A DNA stretch of 64,000 nt from positions 492,208 to 556,207 of the forward strand of contig LBWK01000001.1 of NCBI GenBank assembly GCA_000993565.1. The letters run 5' to 3'. Positions 49,331 through 59,660 of this stretch are shown in pieces. The notes below the pieces were generated by a model, which was not told the DNA's origin, did no database searches, and saw nothing but the letters and a program-made list of their open reading frames with translations. Each line of letters opens with the position of its first letter. The stretch's first letter is position 1. A program made the position numbers and the translations under genes. Source of the stretch: a candidate division WS6 bacterium GW2011_GWF2_39_15 (GTDB lineage: Bacteria; Patescibacteriota; Dojkabacteria; SC72).

Positions 49331-50059
49331 TTATAATTTATTTAGACTGGATTTATATAAAGCTATCCCTACTGCCACAGAAAGATTTAGAGAATCAATA
49401 TCTTTCTCATGTTTTATGTACACGCTTTCTCCCAACTTGGCATACTCATCCGATAATCCTGCACTTTCAGTGCCAAAGACAAGAGCGTATGGGGATTTGA
49501 AAGGAACTTCTTCTATATTTTTAGCCCCGTTAAGCATGAACAGATATTTATTGTGCAATGGAAACTCGTTACTATACCCCTCTATTGAATCGTAATATTT
49601 AAAGTTAATACTGAAAAGAGCTCCCATTGCCGATCTCACAATTGTCGGATCAAAGATATCTGCAGCAGGTTTAATGAGAATGAGGTCTTTAAATCCAAAT
49701 CCCACCATTGTTCTGATAATAGTACCTATATTGCCCATATTTCTTGGCTGATCCAATACAATATGATTACTATTTTTATCAATTTCACATTCATACTTCT
49801 CAAAGACACCTATCGAATATGTATTTTCCTTCACAGAAAGTTTGTCTATAACCCTGTCGTTTACTTCATACTTAATACCTTTCTCTTCACATAACGCAAC
49901 AATTTCATTAACACCTTCACTGCCAAAACCTTCCTGCTTAAGAAGAACCTTTAAAACCTTTTCAGGCTTAGACTTGAGCAGGTCAATTGTGGGATATGTA
50001 CCAAAGGCATATGAGTATTCAAAATCTTTATCATACCTTTTTAATTTGGGATCTTTCAT
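49331..50059 (-). CDS. TrmH/SpoU-family RNA methyltransferase
   Basis: NMGNIGTIIRT; RSAMGA; VFGTESAGL; SLNLSVA. Confidence 0.9.
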   Translation of the reverse strand: MKDPKLKRYDKDFEYSYAFGTYPTIDLLKSKPEKVLKVLLKQEGFGSEGVNEIVALCEEKGIKYEVNDRVIDKLSVKENTYSIGVFEKYECEIDKNSNHIVLDQPRNMGNIGTIIRTMVGFGFKDLILIKPAADIFDPTIVRSAMGALFSINFKYYDSIEGYSNEFPLHNKYLFMLNGAKNIEEVPFKSPYALVFGTESAGLSDEYAKLGESVYIKHEKDIDSLNLSVAVGIALYKSSLNKL

Positions 50060-50583
50060 ACTTTATTATATAACTTTAACAGTTTCATTGCCCTAGACTG
50101 AAGAGACGGTATTGAGCTTTTAGCCATATCTCCGAGAACCCCTCTTATTTCCTTTCTATATTTCTCATTTGTAATAAAGAGGTTATACATTGTTTGCATT
50201 GCAAAAACTCTCACAATATTACTATCTAAATAATCATTAATGGCCTCCTTAAGATAATTATATACTTGATCTTTTATACCGTTTGGAATTTCCATATATC
50301 CAAGTATCTGTACATAATGCCACATAAATTCTTTATGTTTAGGGGTCCCTAGTATACTGAGTAACTGGCTTTGTTCTTCCTCCGTCACATTGCTATTTTT
50401 GGAAATCTTTTCGTAGGCGTCTATTGCCCTCATTGCGATAATCCTATTCTCTGAAAAAATTAGATCGAAAATATCTTTTCTTACCTTTTTATCCTTTGAA
50501 TATTCTTTCAAGACATTATCAACTCCCCCCTTTCCTCTCAGATCTCCTTTTGAAAACTCTTTTTCTATCTCACTTTTTGTCAT
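50056..50583 (-). CDS. Hypothetical alpha-helical (HEAT-like) protein
   Basis: 175 aa; GDLR, MRAIDAYEK, WHYVQ, SNIVRVFAMQ; overlaps both neighbours. Confidence 0.65.
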   Translation of the reverse strand: MTKSEIEKEFSKGDLRGKGGVDNVLKEYSKDKKVRKDIFDLIFSENRIIAMRAIDAYEKISKNSNVTEEEQSQLLSILGTPKHKEFMWHYVQILGYMEIPNGIKDQVYNYLKEAINDYLDSNIVRVFAMQTMYNLFITNEKYRKEIRGVLGDMAKSSIPSLQSRAMKLLKLYNKV

Positions 50584-51838
50584 TAAAAAATGGAGCTAAT
50601 ATCTTAAACTTATTCTCCCACGTATATTCCCTCATTACCTTGTTATACCCGTTTTGACCTAACCTCTTCGCCTCCTCTTTATTACTTAAAAGAAACTCTA
50701 TCTTTTCTACTAATGCCTGAGAATCGTCAAACGGAAGCAGATATCCATCCTCTCCCTCCTCTATAATCTCACTCACCGCTTCTATATTGCATCCGATCAC
50801 AGGCTTTTTATACAGCCAGGCTTCCAAATATACAATTCCAAAGGATTCGCTTTTTGATGTCATCACAAAGATATCTCCTGCATCAAACATATCCCATTTA
50901 TCTTCATCAGAAGGTCTTTCTAGAACAAGAGAATTGCTCTTCACCTCTTCCGACCTTCTATCCCAGAACTTTTCAAAAGCAATAGAGCTGTTTCCTCCCA
51001 TAACCAGTTTAAAAACAATTCCTTTCTTCCAGAGAATTTCACATGTATTCACTAGATTATATACCCCCTTAACGCCTTCACGAGCTCCTACATAGAAGAC
51101 TATCGGGATATCTGGATCTATACCGTATTTTGCCCGGAATCTGGTGCGGTCCCCTACCAGGACTTCACCAGGCACAACTCCCAACCCAACTTTTTGAAAG
51201 ACATCCAAGCTTAAAGAGACTCCCTTCTGTTCAAGAAAGTTAGACAGGGTTCTTTGCTCAACATCGGTCTGTACAAATACTTTATCTGCCTTCTTAAAAA
51301 AGTCCTTTATCAAAGGGTCAAAGTACTTTTTATACAAAGGATCTTTCTGGGAAATCCCGGTATGCGCAAACGGAGTTAGATATAGTTTAGCTCCGGTTTT
51401 TTTAGCAAGGAGGAGACCTACGTAAAAGAGAATATGGTACGGCATTGCAGATACATGAATAATGTCGTACGGAAATGAATCATTCTTACGAACTTCTCGC
51501 AGCATCTCCCAACAAAGAGGAGGACTTCCTATTATACGCAGGATCCTAAACGGCATACGAACAAGGATAAAACGAATAGCCTTGTTTATAAATATATTAT
51601 TCAGAAAGAACGGGGAGGTTTTAAACCTCCGGACATGAACACCCTCAATTTTTTCTTCCATTACATCAATCTTTTTTCTTCTGGGATACCATAGAGCATC
51701 TGCTTCCAAAGCATCGGAGGTCCAAACATCAACTTCATGACCGTTTTTAACGTTCCACTGTGCAAGAGCGTTAACATAAATCTCAGCCCCTCCAGCTGCT
51801 GGGGCATATCTTTGTGTAATATAGAGGATTTTTGACAT
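50570..51838 (-). CDS. GT4-family glycosyltransferase
   Basis: YAPAAGGAE; KGV; ESFGIVYLEAW; start at ATG 51838. Confidence 0.9.
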   Translation of the reverse strand: MSKILYITQRYAPAAGGAEIYVNALAQWNVKNGHEVDVWTSDALEADALWYPRRKKIDVMEEKIEGVHVRRFKTSPFFLNNIFINKAIRFILVRMPFRILRIIGSPPLCWEMLREVRKNDSFPYDIIHVSAMPYHILFYVGLLLAKKTGAKLYLTPFAHTGISQKDPLYKKYFDPLIKDFFKKADKVFVQTDVEQRTLSNFLEQKGVSLSLDVFQKVGLGVVPGEVLVGDRTRFRAKYGIDPDIPIVFYVGAREGVKGVYNLVNTCEILWKKGIVFKLVMGGNSSIAFEKFWDRRSEEVKSNSLVLERPSDEDKWDMFDAGDIFVMTSKSESFGIVYLEAWLYKKPVIGCNIEAVSEIIEEGEDGYLLPFDDSQALVEKIEFLLSNKEEAKRLGQNGYNKVMREYTWENKFKILAPFFNDKK

Positions 51839-51839
51839 A

Positions 51840-52280
51840 CTATTTAATATATACGATCTTCTTTCCCAGTTCTGCAGACGGAGCACAGAGAGTTATTCTT
51901 CCTTTATCACTCTGAACTATGTTATACCCAGTTCCCTTCTCATCCTTAGATTGAGGGTCTGTTGGCATAAACTCCATGTATTTATCATTAACAAGGACAG
52001 ACAAAGCCACTTTATCGCAACCCTCTGCTCCTGCTCTGCATATCTCATTCTTAGTATCTTCACAGTTGTCGGAAACAGGTATACCTTTAGGTAATACTCC
52101 ATTGTTCTTACTTGCATATTTAGTAACGCCTTCAACAATCTGAGTAAGGTTTTCGAGTCTAATATTATTCCTTTCGTCTGCAAGTCTGCGACCGGGATTA
52201 AGAAGAATGACGGCAATAACGAGAAAGACTAACACACTCCCCAATATAATTAGAGTTGTTTTTTGAGATAGTTGTTTCAT
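51840..52280 (-). CDS. Type IV pilin/GspG-like protein with degenerate prepilin motif
   Basis: TM followed by LNPGRRLADERNNIR...Y...G.LP...YMEFMPTDP. Confidence 0.65.
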   Translation of the reverse strand: MKQLSQKTTLIILGSVLVFLVIAVILLNPGRRLADERNNIRLENLTQIVEGVTKYASKNNGVLPKGIPVSDNCEDTKNEICRAGAEGCDKVALSVLVNDKYMEFMPTDPQSKDEKGTGYNIVQSDKGRITLCAPSAELGKKIVYIK

Positions 52281-52347
52281 TAAAATATACTAACGAAGTT
52301 ATTTGTTTTAATTCTACATAGTAGAAAGGAAGACAACAAGACTTTCA

Positions 52348-52752
52348 TTATCTCTTCGTCTGCGTAGGGAGTATTCCTACAGCCGTTTCTTTTGCTCCTT
52401 TTCGAATCATAACAGTAGATTTATTATAATCTACCACTGAAGAAGTTATCTGGGTAACTAACCCCGCTTTTGATAATCCCCACATAGCAATAACAAACTT
52501 ATCCCCATAATTATTAAGTTTAACGGTAAAGACATCAGCAAGATCTGTATCCTGTGAGCCCTGCTTTTCTATAATAACACTCCCTTGCTTCGCCATCTTC
52601 AGAAAATTACGGTCTTCAATTTGCAACTCCCAACCATGGGTCGTTAAGATATCTTCCCCAGATTCAATTTTGTACTCATATTTTTTAATCCCACTATCCT
52701 GAACTGAAGAATCCTTATTAAAAAAGGTCGGTAACGGCATATAATCACTCAT
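52348..52752 (-). CDS. Hypothetical protein
   Basis: Likely start MSDYMPLP at 52752. Confidence 0.6.
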   Translation of the reverse strand: MSDYMPLPTFFNKDSSVQDSGIKKYEYKIESGEDILTTHGWELQIEDRNFLKMAKQGSVIIEKQGSQDTDLADVFTVKLNNYGDKFVIAMWGLSKAGLVTQITSSVVDYNKSTVMIRKGAKETAVGILPTQTKR

Positions 52753-52771
52753 AAAAAAGATATTAATAAAC

Positions 52772-53368
52772 TTAATTTCTTCTAGGATTCCTGAACATTT
52801 TACCATGTCCAGGCACTATCCAGTCAGCCCTATCCAAAACTATTTTCCTTGAGTTCTGTAAATCCTTCCATGAAGCCATAAAAGGGTCCGGATTATTAAG
52901 GAGATCATTTACATTATCACTCTTCTGTTTCCCATCTTCCCACCAAAATACATCCTGACACACAAAAACAATTCCATACTCAACGGTCTCTATAACTAAC
53001 GACGTTTGTTCCATTGTATGACCCGGAGTCGGTACAAGTTCAATATCAGTTCCCGGTAGTCTCCCCTCGTAGAAATGTTCCTGATCACCATGCCAGCGGG
53101 TAGTGCCATCGTATAAATCAACATTAGGAAACAATCTGATGTTCAGGAAATGATCCGGATGATAGTGCGTAAGAAAGACTATATCAATATCCTTAAACTC
53201 CATCTCCTCCCTTTCAAATGAACTTCTCAGGGCATCAGCATTAGTACCTGGATCAACAAGGACTTTCACTTTTTCATCGTAAATAAGGGAGGAAGTGGGG
53301 CTTGCAAAGTAAACCCCGTTTGCACCAGTCCTAGCATACCCTTCTATAAGGATCTTAAACTTGTACAT
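52772..53368 (-). CDS. Metallo-beta-lactamase-fold hydrolase
   Basis: LVDPG; THYHPDH; TPGHT; IVPGHG. Confidence 0.9.
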   Translation of the reverse strand: MYKFKILIEGYARTGANGVYFASPTSSLIYDEKVKVLVDPGTNADALRSSFEREEMEFKDIDIVFLTHYHPDHFLNIRLFPNVDLYDGTTRWHGDQEHFYEGRLPGTDIELVPTPGHTMEQTSLVIETVEYGIVFVCQDVFWWEDGKQKSDNVNDLLNNPDPFMASWKDLQNSRKIVLDRADWIVPGHGKMFRNPRRN

Positions 53369-53495
53369 GAGAAATTATAGCAGATTGTATTACAGGAACA
53401 CTACGAAGAATAAAAGCCTTTAAGAGACGGATTATTCTGACAAAAACAAGTGAATTTGAAATCAGGAAATCGTAATACAATTTTCTTAGGAAGTG

Positions 53496-53831
53496 TTAAG
53501 AGGAGATTTCCATGACTTCAAATTTAATAATCTTAACTTCCGTATTTGGTTGAACTTTGTCTCCATAATACACTTTGTAGTCACCAACAGGATCTTTTGA
53601 AGGTTCATGCCCAGCATAATCTTCTGGCCTAAGAGTATCTAGTGTTCTCATCGTGATATTCTTAATTTTCGCTTTTCCAAAATTTGTAACATTTTCTCCA
53701 TCCCTCGTAGCTAGAATAATGATATCACCTACTGAAAGATTCTTATCATCAAAGAGTCTCCAGGTGGTTGTTTTTTTACCCTGTTTTATAAGCTCTGTTA
53801 GCTGTGGTGTAAACTTTACAATCTTTTCCAT
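53496..53831 (-). CDS. ASCH-domain protein
   Basis: IKQGKKTTTWR...LSVGD. Confidence 0.8.
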   Translation of the reverse strand: MEKIVKFTPQLTELIKQGKKTTTWRLFDDKNLSVGDIIILATRDGENVTNFGKAKIKNITMRTLDTLRPEDYAGHEPSKDPVGDYKVYYGDKVQPNTEVKIIKFEVMEISS

Positions 53832-53850
53832 AATATTGACCTTTTAAGTA

Positions 53851-53937
53851 CGGAGAGAGAGGGATTCGAACCCTCGATCCGGTTTCCCGGATAATGCTTT
53901 TCGAGAGCATCTCTTTCGACCACTCAGACATCTCTCC
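53851..53937 (-). tRNA. tRNA-Ser(CGA), CCA not encoded
   Basis: Reverse complement GGAGAGA...ATGCT CT CGA AA AGCAT, long variable arm, GGTTCGAATCC, TCTCTCC-G. Confidence 0.93.
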
Positions 53938-54022
53938 AAGAGAGATTATACTGTGAAATATGAAATATAGGTACTAGAAAGACTCTTTATCCCTTTACAA
54001 CCTGTAAACATCCGTTTAAACT

Positions 54023-55837
54023 CTACTTCGTAAACAGATACCCGTTAATAAAGTTAAAGCCTGTAATCTTCCCATTTTTATACATCCCCCCTACGTGATT
54101 AATGATAAAGATTGTGTTACTGCTCTCAAATGAAAGTTTTGTTATATCTGTTGTAAAGTACGAGCCAGTAGGACCAAAAGACTTCTCATTCTCACTTAGA
54201 TTCTTAGATGTGGTCGAGAAAGCAGGGTCTTCAAAATCCAGATCAACTGTATATACAACCTCGTCTAATGTGAATGTATTCTTTTTCATATCCTCATAAG
54301 GGACTTCTTTGTACACAACCTTAGTGTACCCTTCAAGAATATCTAGGCTTGTTACATCTAAAGAAGCTACAAATTCTTCTGTAGCGGCAGGTATCTGATT
54401 TGTAGGATTAGCATAGAAGACGCTCCCGGAAAGAGAATATCTTTGAGCCACCTCTTTAACATACCCATATTTATTCAGTGTGAGTCCCTCCATAACAGTA
54501 TCTCCAAGAACATTCTCAACCTTCTTAATCCCGTTATTAAGATTGAGATAAACAATGATCTCTCCCATTACATAATCATTTCCGGCAACAGCAGGTTTAT
54601 CCCCCTTCTCTATCTTTCCATTTACATAAAGCTTCTCATCCTTGGCTATATTGATTAGCCTGTTTATCTGAGAATGCTCTCCCCAATAGAAGGATGTGAA
54701 TGGGAAATAGAAGATAACAAAGAGAAGAATCCACAAACCTGCGAGAGGATACTTAATATTCGTGTTTCTAGAAAATAGATAATATAAAGTGACAGCAAGG
54801 AACCAGAGGATAACCGCCATAAGAACAAACCTGTTAACAGTCATTCCATAGGCATTAATTCTTAGCCACAAGGAATAGATCCAGAAAAGGATCGTAGGCA
54901 GAGCAATAGCTGTGCTTATTTTAGTAAAAAGAGTTTTAAACTTCTCATCACTTGTACCCTGGGGCAAACCATATAGAAGAGCTATTCCTGCATAGATCAT
55001 AACCATAAGGGCAAGGATTATTCCCGTAGCTTCGTTTGCAGGCCACTCCTCTCTAAACGGGAAGCTGAAAATGTAAGGGTAGAGAATAATTGTGTAGATA
55101 CCAATGAGCGGGGTTAAAATATATTTAACCATTATCAAAAGATACTTAGGGAGCTGTATAAGAGTTGATTTTTTAGGAAACTCATAAATACCGTGAAGAA
55201 AGTGGAGAGGAGCAACAAGCACAAAACTGAAGATTGCAACCAAAGCATACTGATTATCAAAGAATGTGAATTTCCAGAAGGCATCAACAGCAAGAAAAGC
55301 TAAACTCAAACCAATATACAAGGCTACAGAATACAGAACAGATATAGATCCTCGATAAAAGGTTGTAATCATAAGATTCCACCACTCATTGCTATTCTCA
55401 TCCTTTAAGAACGGGGATATAGCTACGGAAAGGACTGATAATCCAGCCATAATCAGCATCTTGTACGTATTACCGGTAAATGTACCGTTAAGGATATTGA
55501 AAGAGTTAATATCCTTATACAGGAAAAGGTATGAAAACCCTCCAATTAGAACAAATGCAGCAATATTCAGAGCTATTCTTTTTAATACTGGTAATCCATA
55601 TCTTTCAGATGCGAGCTGTATATTTACTGTTAAAGCAGATAAGGCAAAATTAGCGAGTAATACCATTTCAAGGAGATAGGCTTCTTTCCCATGATCACGG
55701 AAATAATCAAGCTCTGTAAGAAGCGACATTCCTATAAACTCAATGATAATAAGAGTAGCAGTAACGGGAAATCTTCTAAAGATCCCAATTATTGATACAT
55801 ACGATCTGTGAAAAAGCTCTAATAAAGATAATTTCAT
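54023..55837 (-). CDS. DUF4153-like multi-pass membrane protein
   Basis: RRFP; about 11 TMs; YILTPLIGIY; RINAYGMTVNR; SQINRL. Confidence 0.75.
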   Translation of the reverse strand: MKLSLLELFHRSYVSIIGIFRRFPVTATLIIIEFIGMSLLTELDYFRDHGKEAYLLEMVLLANFALSALTVNIQLASERYGLPVLKRIALNIAAFVLIGGFSYLFLYKDINSFNILNGTFTGNTYKMLIMAGLSVLSVAISPFLKDENSNEWWNLMITTFYRGSISVLYSVALYIGLSLAFLAVDAFWKFTFFDNQYALVAIFSFVLVAPLHFLHGIYEFPKKSTLIQLPKYLLIMVKYILTPLIGIYTIILYPYIFSFPFREEWPANEATGIILALMVMIYAGIALLYGLPQGTSDEKFKTLFTKISTAIALPTILFWIYSLWLRINAYGMTVNRFVLMAVILWFLAVTLYYLFSRNTNIKYPLAGLWILLFVIFYFPFTSFYWGEHSQINRLINIAKDEKLYVNGKIEKGDKPAVAGNDYVMGEIIVYLNLNNGIKKVENVLGDTVMEGLTLNKYGYVKEVAQRYSLSGSVFYANPTNQIPAATEEFVASLDVTSLDILEGYTKVVYKEVPYEDMKKNTFTLDEVVYTVDLDFEDPAFSTTSKNLSENEKSFGPTGSYFTTDITKLSFESSNTIFIINHVGGMYKNGKITGFNFINGYLFTK

Positions 55838-55893
55838 ACTATAAGAATATAAAATATATACTTCATACTAACATTTAGAGGATACTTTTGAAA

Positions 55894-56583
55894 CTATATT
55901 TTCTCAATCGGTATATATTCCCCGAAATTCATCTGATCCAACTTGCTCCATCTTCTAATATCTTTATAAAGGAGTTTATCCTGCAATAAAAGGAAGATGG
56001 GCTTAACTTCTTTCTCCCCTACTATCATCATCAGCTTGTTCGGAAGCCTCAGTTTTGTACCGACTACTAGTAAGTACTGATCCTCTCTCTTGGTAAACCA
56101 GAAAGTATCAAGCAAAAACCACTCATACAGCTTCCCAAGTGAATCTATCCCTTTTGTATTAATCTCATGCTTAACTGTAATAGGAGGGGTTGTACCGGCA
56201 ACATAGAAAAAGAAAAGAAGTGCAATAATAGAGGCCATAAGGCCGTAATGACCTAGTACAGCCAGATACATTATAAAGAGGAGCATAACTCCGGTTAAAA
56301 CCAGAAACATCTTAGGGTTAAATGGCTGGTTAAAACGAATCGGGGCCTCCCACTCATACAGCTTGATCTTTTGAACAACCTTTTTCAGCTTATCCTCTGT
56401 TTCAACCCTAGCTTCCCCTTCTATAATTTTCTTCCTTCTTAAGTCCTTCTGCTTTTTAACGGCCTTCTGAGTCAATTTCTCAACTTCTTCCTCCCTCTTT
56501 CTTAACTGAAGCTCGCCGGAAAGAACTTTTGCAATATCACTAAGCTCTGTACTGAAACCTGATTTTTTCTTCTCTGTTTTCAT
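55894..56583 (-). CDS. Hypothetical two-TM membrane protein
   Basis: EWEAP, two TMs, then a PH-like beta region. Confidence 0.7.
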   Translation of the reverse strand: MKTEKKKSGFSTELSDIAKVLSGELQLRKREEEVEKLTQKAVKKQKDLRRKKIIEGEARVETEDKLKKVVQKIKLYEWEAPIRFNQPFNPKMFLVLTGVMLLFIMYLAVLGHYGLMASIIALLFFFYVAGTTPPITVKHEINTKGIDSLGKLYEWFLLDTFWFTKREDQYLLVVGTKLRLPNKLMMIVGEKEVKPIFLLLQDKLLYKDIRRWSKLDQMNFGEYIPIEKI

Positions 56584-56590
56584 AGCTTAA

Positions 56591-56959
56591 TCATATAACA
56601 GTTATAAGGATAATAACAAGTAATAGGGCTAGTGATCCCCATGGGAAAACCAAAATACCTAAGATATTAAGAAAAACCCCTCCTACCAGAGATATTCCCA
56701 ATATATTTCCCCACCTTAAAGAGACCTTGTAATCAGGAAACTCCCTCCACCCGTAGGCTAAAAACTTCTGAAAAAGAAAAACTATCAAGGAGACGAACGA
56801 CTGAGTCGTTGCAAAAAGAAGGAAGAGTATAAGAGAAGTGTTATACCAATTAATAGATTGTGGGCTTGTATAGGGAACAAAGTAATCAAGGGATAACATA
56901 TATATCAGAAATGTTACAGAAGAGAAAAGTATGAAGAATTGTGTAAGAAGGAATTTCAT
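56591..56959 (-). CDS. Small multi-TM membrane protein
   Basis: 122 aa with four hydrophobic segments. Confidence 0.65.
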   Translation of the reverse strand: MKFLLTQFFILFSSVTFLIYMLSLDYFVPYTSPQSINWYNTSLILFLLFATTQSFVSLIVFLFQKFLAYGWREFPDYKVSLRWGNILGISLVGGVFLNILGILVFPWGSLALLLVIILITVI

Positions 56960-57035
56960 ATCTCTAAAAATATAGGTCTTTAGGATTTAATCACCTAATA
57001 TTACCCTTTAATCAATAAATTATCATGGTTTTCCT

Positions 57036-57701
57036 ATGAATATTTTAATTATAGAAGATTATCCATCAGTTGCACAAATTACTAAAAATATTCTGGAGAG
57101 TAACGGATGGTTTACAGAGATAAATAGCTCCAAAAAGGCAAAAGAGATTAAGTATGAAGAGTGTGTTTTCGACCTTATAATAATGGATGTAAATCTAAAA
57201 GAGACAAGTTCATCCTTACTAGTAAAAGAAATCAGAAACAAGGCAGGCCGAATACTAATACTAGGTATTGCTAGCAAAGCCACATGGAAAGAAAAAGTCC
57301 TCTTTTTAAATGAAGGAGCTGACGATGTACTAGACTACCCCTATGCTATTCAGGAGCTATTAGCAAGAATAAACTCCCTGCTTAGAAGACCGAAGACTAG
57401 AGAAGAGAAGTATCTAAGGTTTAAAGATATAAATATAGATACTGATCTTAAATATGTAACGAAGGATAACGAGGAGATACCTTTGAGAAGACGGGAATAC
57501 ACCCTTCTTGAGTACTTGGTTAAGAATAAAAATAGGACGTTAACAAGAAATGAGCTATTAGAAAAAGTCTGGGACTATAGAAAGCTAACAACTTCTAATA
57601 CAGTAGATGTCCATGTGAAGAAATTGAGAGATAAATTACAGGAAAAAGACCTGATTAAAACAGTCCACGGGTTTGGATACGTAGTAAAGGATACCGATTA
57701 A
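57036..57701 (+). CDS. OmpR/PhoB-family response regulator with atypical receiver domain
   Basis: ILIIED; IIMD; GADD; wHTH LRRREYTLL...NTVDVHVKKLR...TVHGFGY. Confidence 0.9.
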   Translation: MNILIIEDYPSVAQITKNILESNGWFTEINSSKKAKEIKYEECVFDLIIMDVNLKETSSSLLVKEIRNKAGRILILGIASKATWKEKVLFLNEGADDVLDYPYAIQELLARINSLLRRPKTREEKYLRFKDINIDTDLKYVTKDNEEIPLRRREYTLLEYLVKNKNRTLTRNELLEKVWDYRKLTTSNTVDVHVKKLRDKLQEKDLIKTVHGFGYVVKDTD

Positions 57702-58825
57702 AGCATCATCGGCATTATAAGATGGATGAAGTTATCATCCCCCTTTATCTTGAAGACTCCTGGCTTAACAGATTCAGTACATTCAAAAATGAGATCTGTT
57801 CCATCTAAATTATTAAACATATCTCCCAAAAACCTTGCACTAAAAGCAATTTTAAGAGATTCTCCTTCCATAGCTCCCTCAAAAACACTTCGGTTACTCC
57901 CAACCTCAGACTGTGAAGCGGAGATAGCGACCTGATTATCTTTAGGGTTAAGCTCCAGGATAATTTTATTGCCAAGAACGCTCCTTGCAATAATATTAGT
58001 AACCTTAAGAGCATTAGCAAACTCATCTTTCTTGGCAGAAACCTGTGTCTTATAACCGGTTGGGATAATCTGACGATACTCTGGATACTGACCGTCAATA
58101 AGGCGGGATACAATATCTACATCTCCAAACCTGAATACAACCTGATTCCTATCTTCAACAACATACAAAGATACACTCTCTTTATCATCCATACCCATCT
58201 CTGAAACCACAAAAGCAAGCTCCTGCAAAGCTTTGACAGGAACGAGAATATTAAGATCCTTAGTTGACTCTGTCTGCACTTTGATTGTTTGCTTAGAAAG
58301 CCTCAATCCATCAGCAGCAACAAAGGAAACATTCTTCCCTTCTATCTCAATCCTCACCCCGGTTAAAACAGGTTTGACATCATCCGAAGCTGCGGCAAAA
58401 GCAACTCTTTTAACAGCCTTTAAAAGATCTTCCTGAGATATATTAAGAACGGCTTTCTCTTTATCAATAGATACAACATGCGGATAATCATCGGCAGGAA
58501 TAGTATGAAACTCTGCATTATTATTTACAGTTGAAACTGTAAGCATCTGCTTTTCAAGAGTAACATCAACCTTCTCGGAAGGGATACTATTTACAAATTC
58601 AGAGAGTTGTTTGGCAGGAACAGTAATTGTACCCTCGGATTGAACATCCGCTCCTATCCAGGTATTAATTCCAATTTCAAGGTCTGTAGCCGTAAGGTGA
58701 ACTTTACCTCCCTTAGCATCAAAGAGAATATTGTTAAGAATTGGGAGGCCGGGTTTAGAGTTAACAATCCTGCTTACAATATTTAAATACTTAGAGAAAG
58801 TATCTTGATTACAAGAGAATTGCAT
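57698..58825 (-). CDS. dnaN: DNA polymerase III beta clamp
   Basis: LPILNNI; ATDLE; VAADGLRLS; SRLIDGQYPEY; IMPM. Confidence 0.97.
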   Translation of the reverse strand: MQFSCNQDTFSKYLNIVSRIVNSKPGLPILNNILFDAKGGKVHLTATDLEIGINTWIGADVQSEGTITVPAKQLSEFVNSIPSEKVDVTLEKQMLTVSTVNNNAEFHTIPADDYPHVVSIDKEKAVLNISQEDLLKAVKRVAFAAASDDVKPVLTGVRIEIEGKNVSFVAADGLRLSKQTIKVQTESTKDLNILVPVKALQELAFVVSEMGMDDKESVSLYVVEDRNQVVFRFGDVDIVSRLIDGQYPEYRQIIPTGYKTQVSAKKDEFANALKVTNIIARSVLGNKIILELNPKDNQVAISASQSEVGSNRSVFEGAMEGESLKIAFSARFLGDMFNNLDGTDLIFECTESVKPGVFKIKGDDNFIHLIMPMML

Positions 58826-58902
58826 ATAACTAAAAACCTAAAAATTAAAATCATCGGGGCTTTTATCTAGTATACAATGTGTACGGGGAGGGGTAAAGGG
58901 AC

Positions 58903-59235
58903 TTAAAGAGGGATCGCAAAACAAAAGCCTGTAAGAGATTGAGGGGGGTTAGGATTCCAGATTCCATCAGAAAGAAATTCAGCATCCAGAGAGCCAATCT
59001 GAAGAGTATCCTTTAACGGTTCTAAAAGAAAGGCTTGATAGGAAATATTTTCAAGAGAGTTTTCAGAAAAGAGAGTGATCCGGATAGAGAACCGATAAAG
59101 AGATGTCTCGGTAATAGAAGAACCTTCAAGATGAGTATACTCTTTATCAATCTGCGGACGAGTATCAATAAAGGCAAAGAACCTTTTCTCAATTTCAATT
59201 ACCTTAAGAGGCTTTTTCTCTTTGATAGGATCCAT
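58903..59235 (-). CDS. Possible small hypothetical protein between oriC and dnaN
   Basis: 110-aa ORF with AAAAGG immediately before the ATG; no recognised domain. Confidence 0.35.
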   Translation of the reverse strand: MDPIKEKKPLKVIEIEKRFFAFIDTRPQIDKEYTHLEGSSITETSLYRFSIRITLFSENSLENISYQAFLLEPLKDTLQIGSLDAEFLSDGIWNPNPPQSLTGFCFAIPL

Positions 59236-59299
59236 CCTTTTAATATTAGATCTTCTTTCTTCCTTTTACCAGTTTCCTCTTTTCTTCTTTCCCTTTCTT

Positions 59300-59660
59300 C
59301 TCTCCTATATATTATATATATTAGTAGTTGTAGTAATAGTGAGTATGTATAAGTTGATATCTGCACGAAAAAGTAAGGAAAGGATCTTATTCACTTCCTT
59401 ATTTGCATTCTGATAGATGTTGATAACTTAAACCTTGTTGTTATATACCCCCTGCCCTATTTCCTTTGTTAACCCAATATTTTCTACTTTCTATCTTAGT
59501 GGATAACTTTTGTGGAATATTTATGGGGAAGTCTGTTAATATGTGTGTATGTGTGGTTCCTAAATTCCCTCTGTAACAAGACGAAGACATAATGAAAAGA
59601 AAATTATCTGTGTAGAACTTCTCACGTTATCCGAACTTATTCTTAGTTATCCACAGGGTT
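59300..59660. other. Chromosomal replication origin oriC
   Basis: Lies between dnaA and dnaN. AT-rich tract at 59306-59321; TAG trios at 59322-59339; DnaA boxes TGTTGATAA (59418), AGTGGATAA (59498), TGTGGAATA (59511) and a perfect TTATCCACA (59647). Confidence 0.8.
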
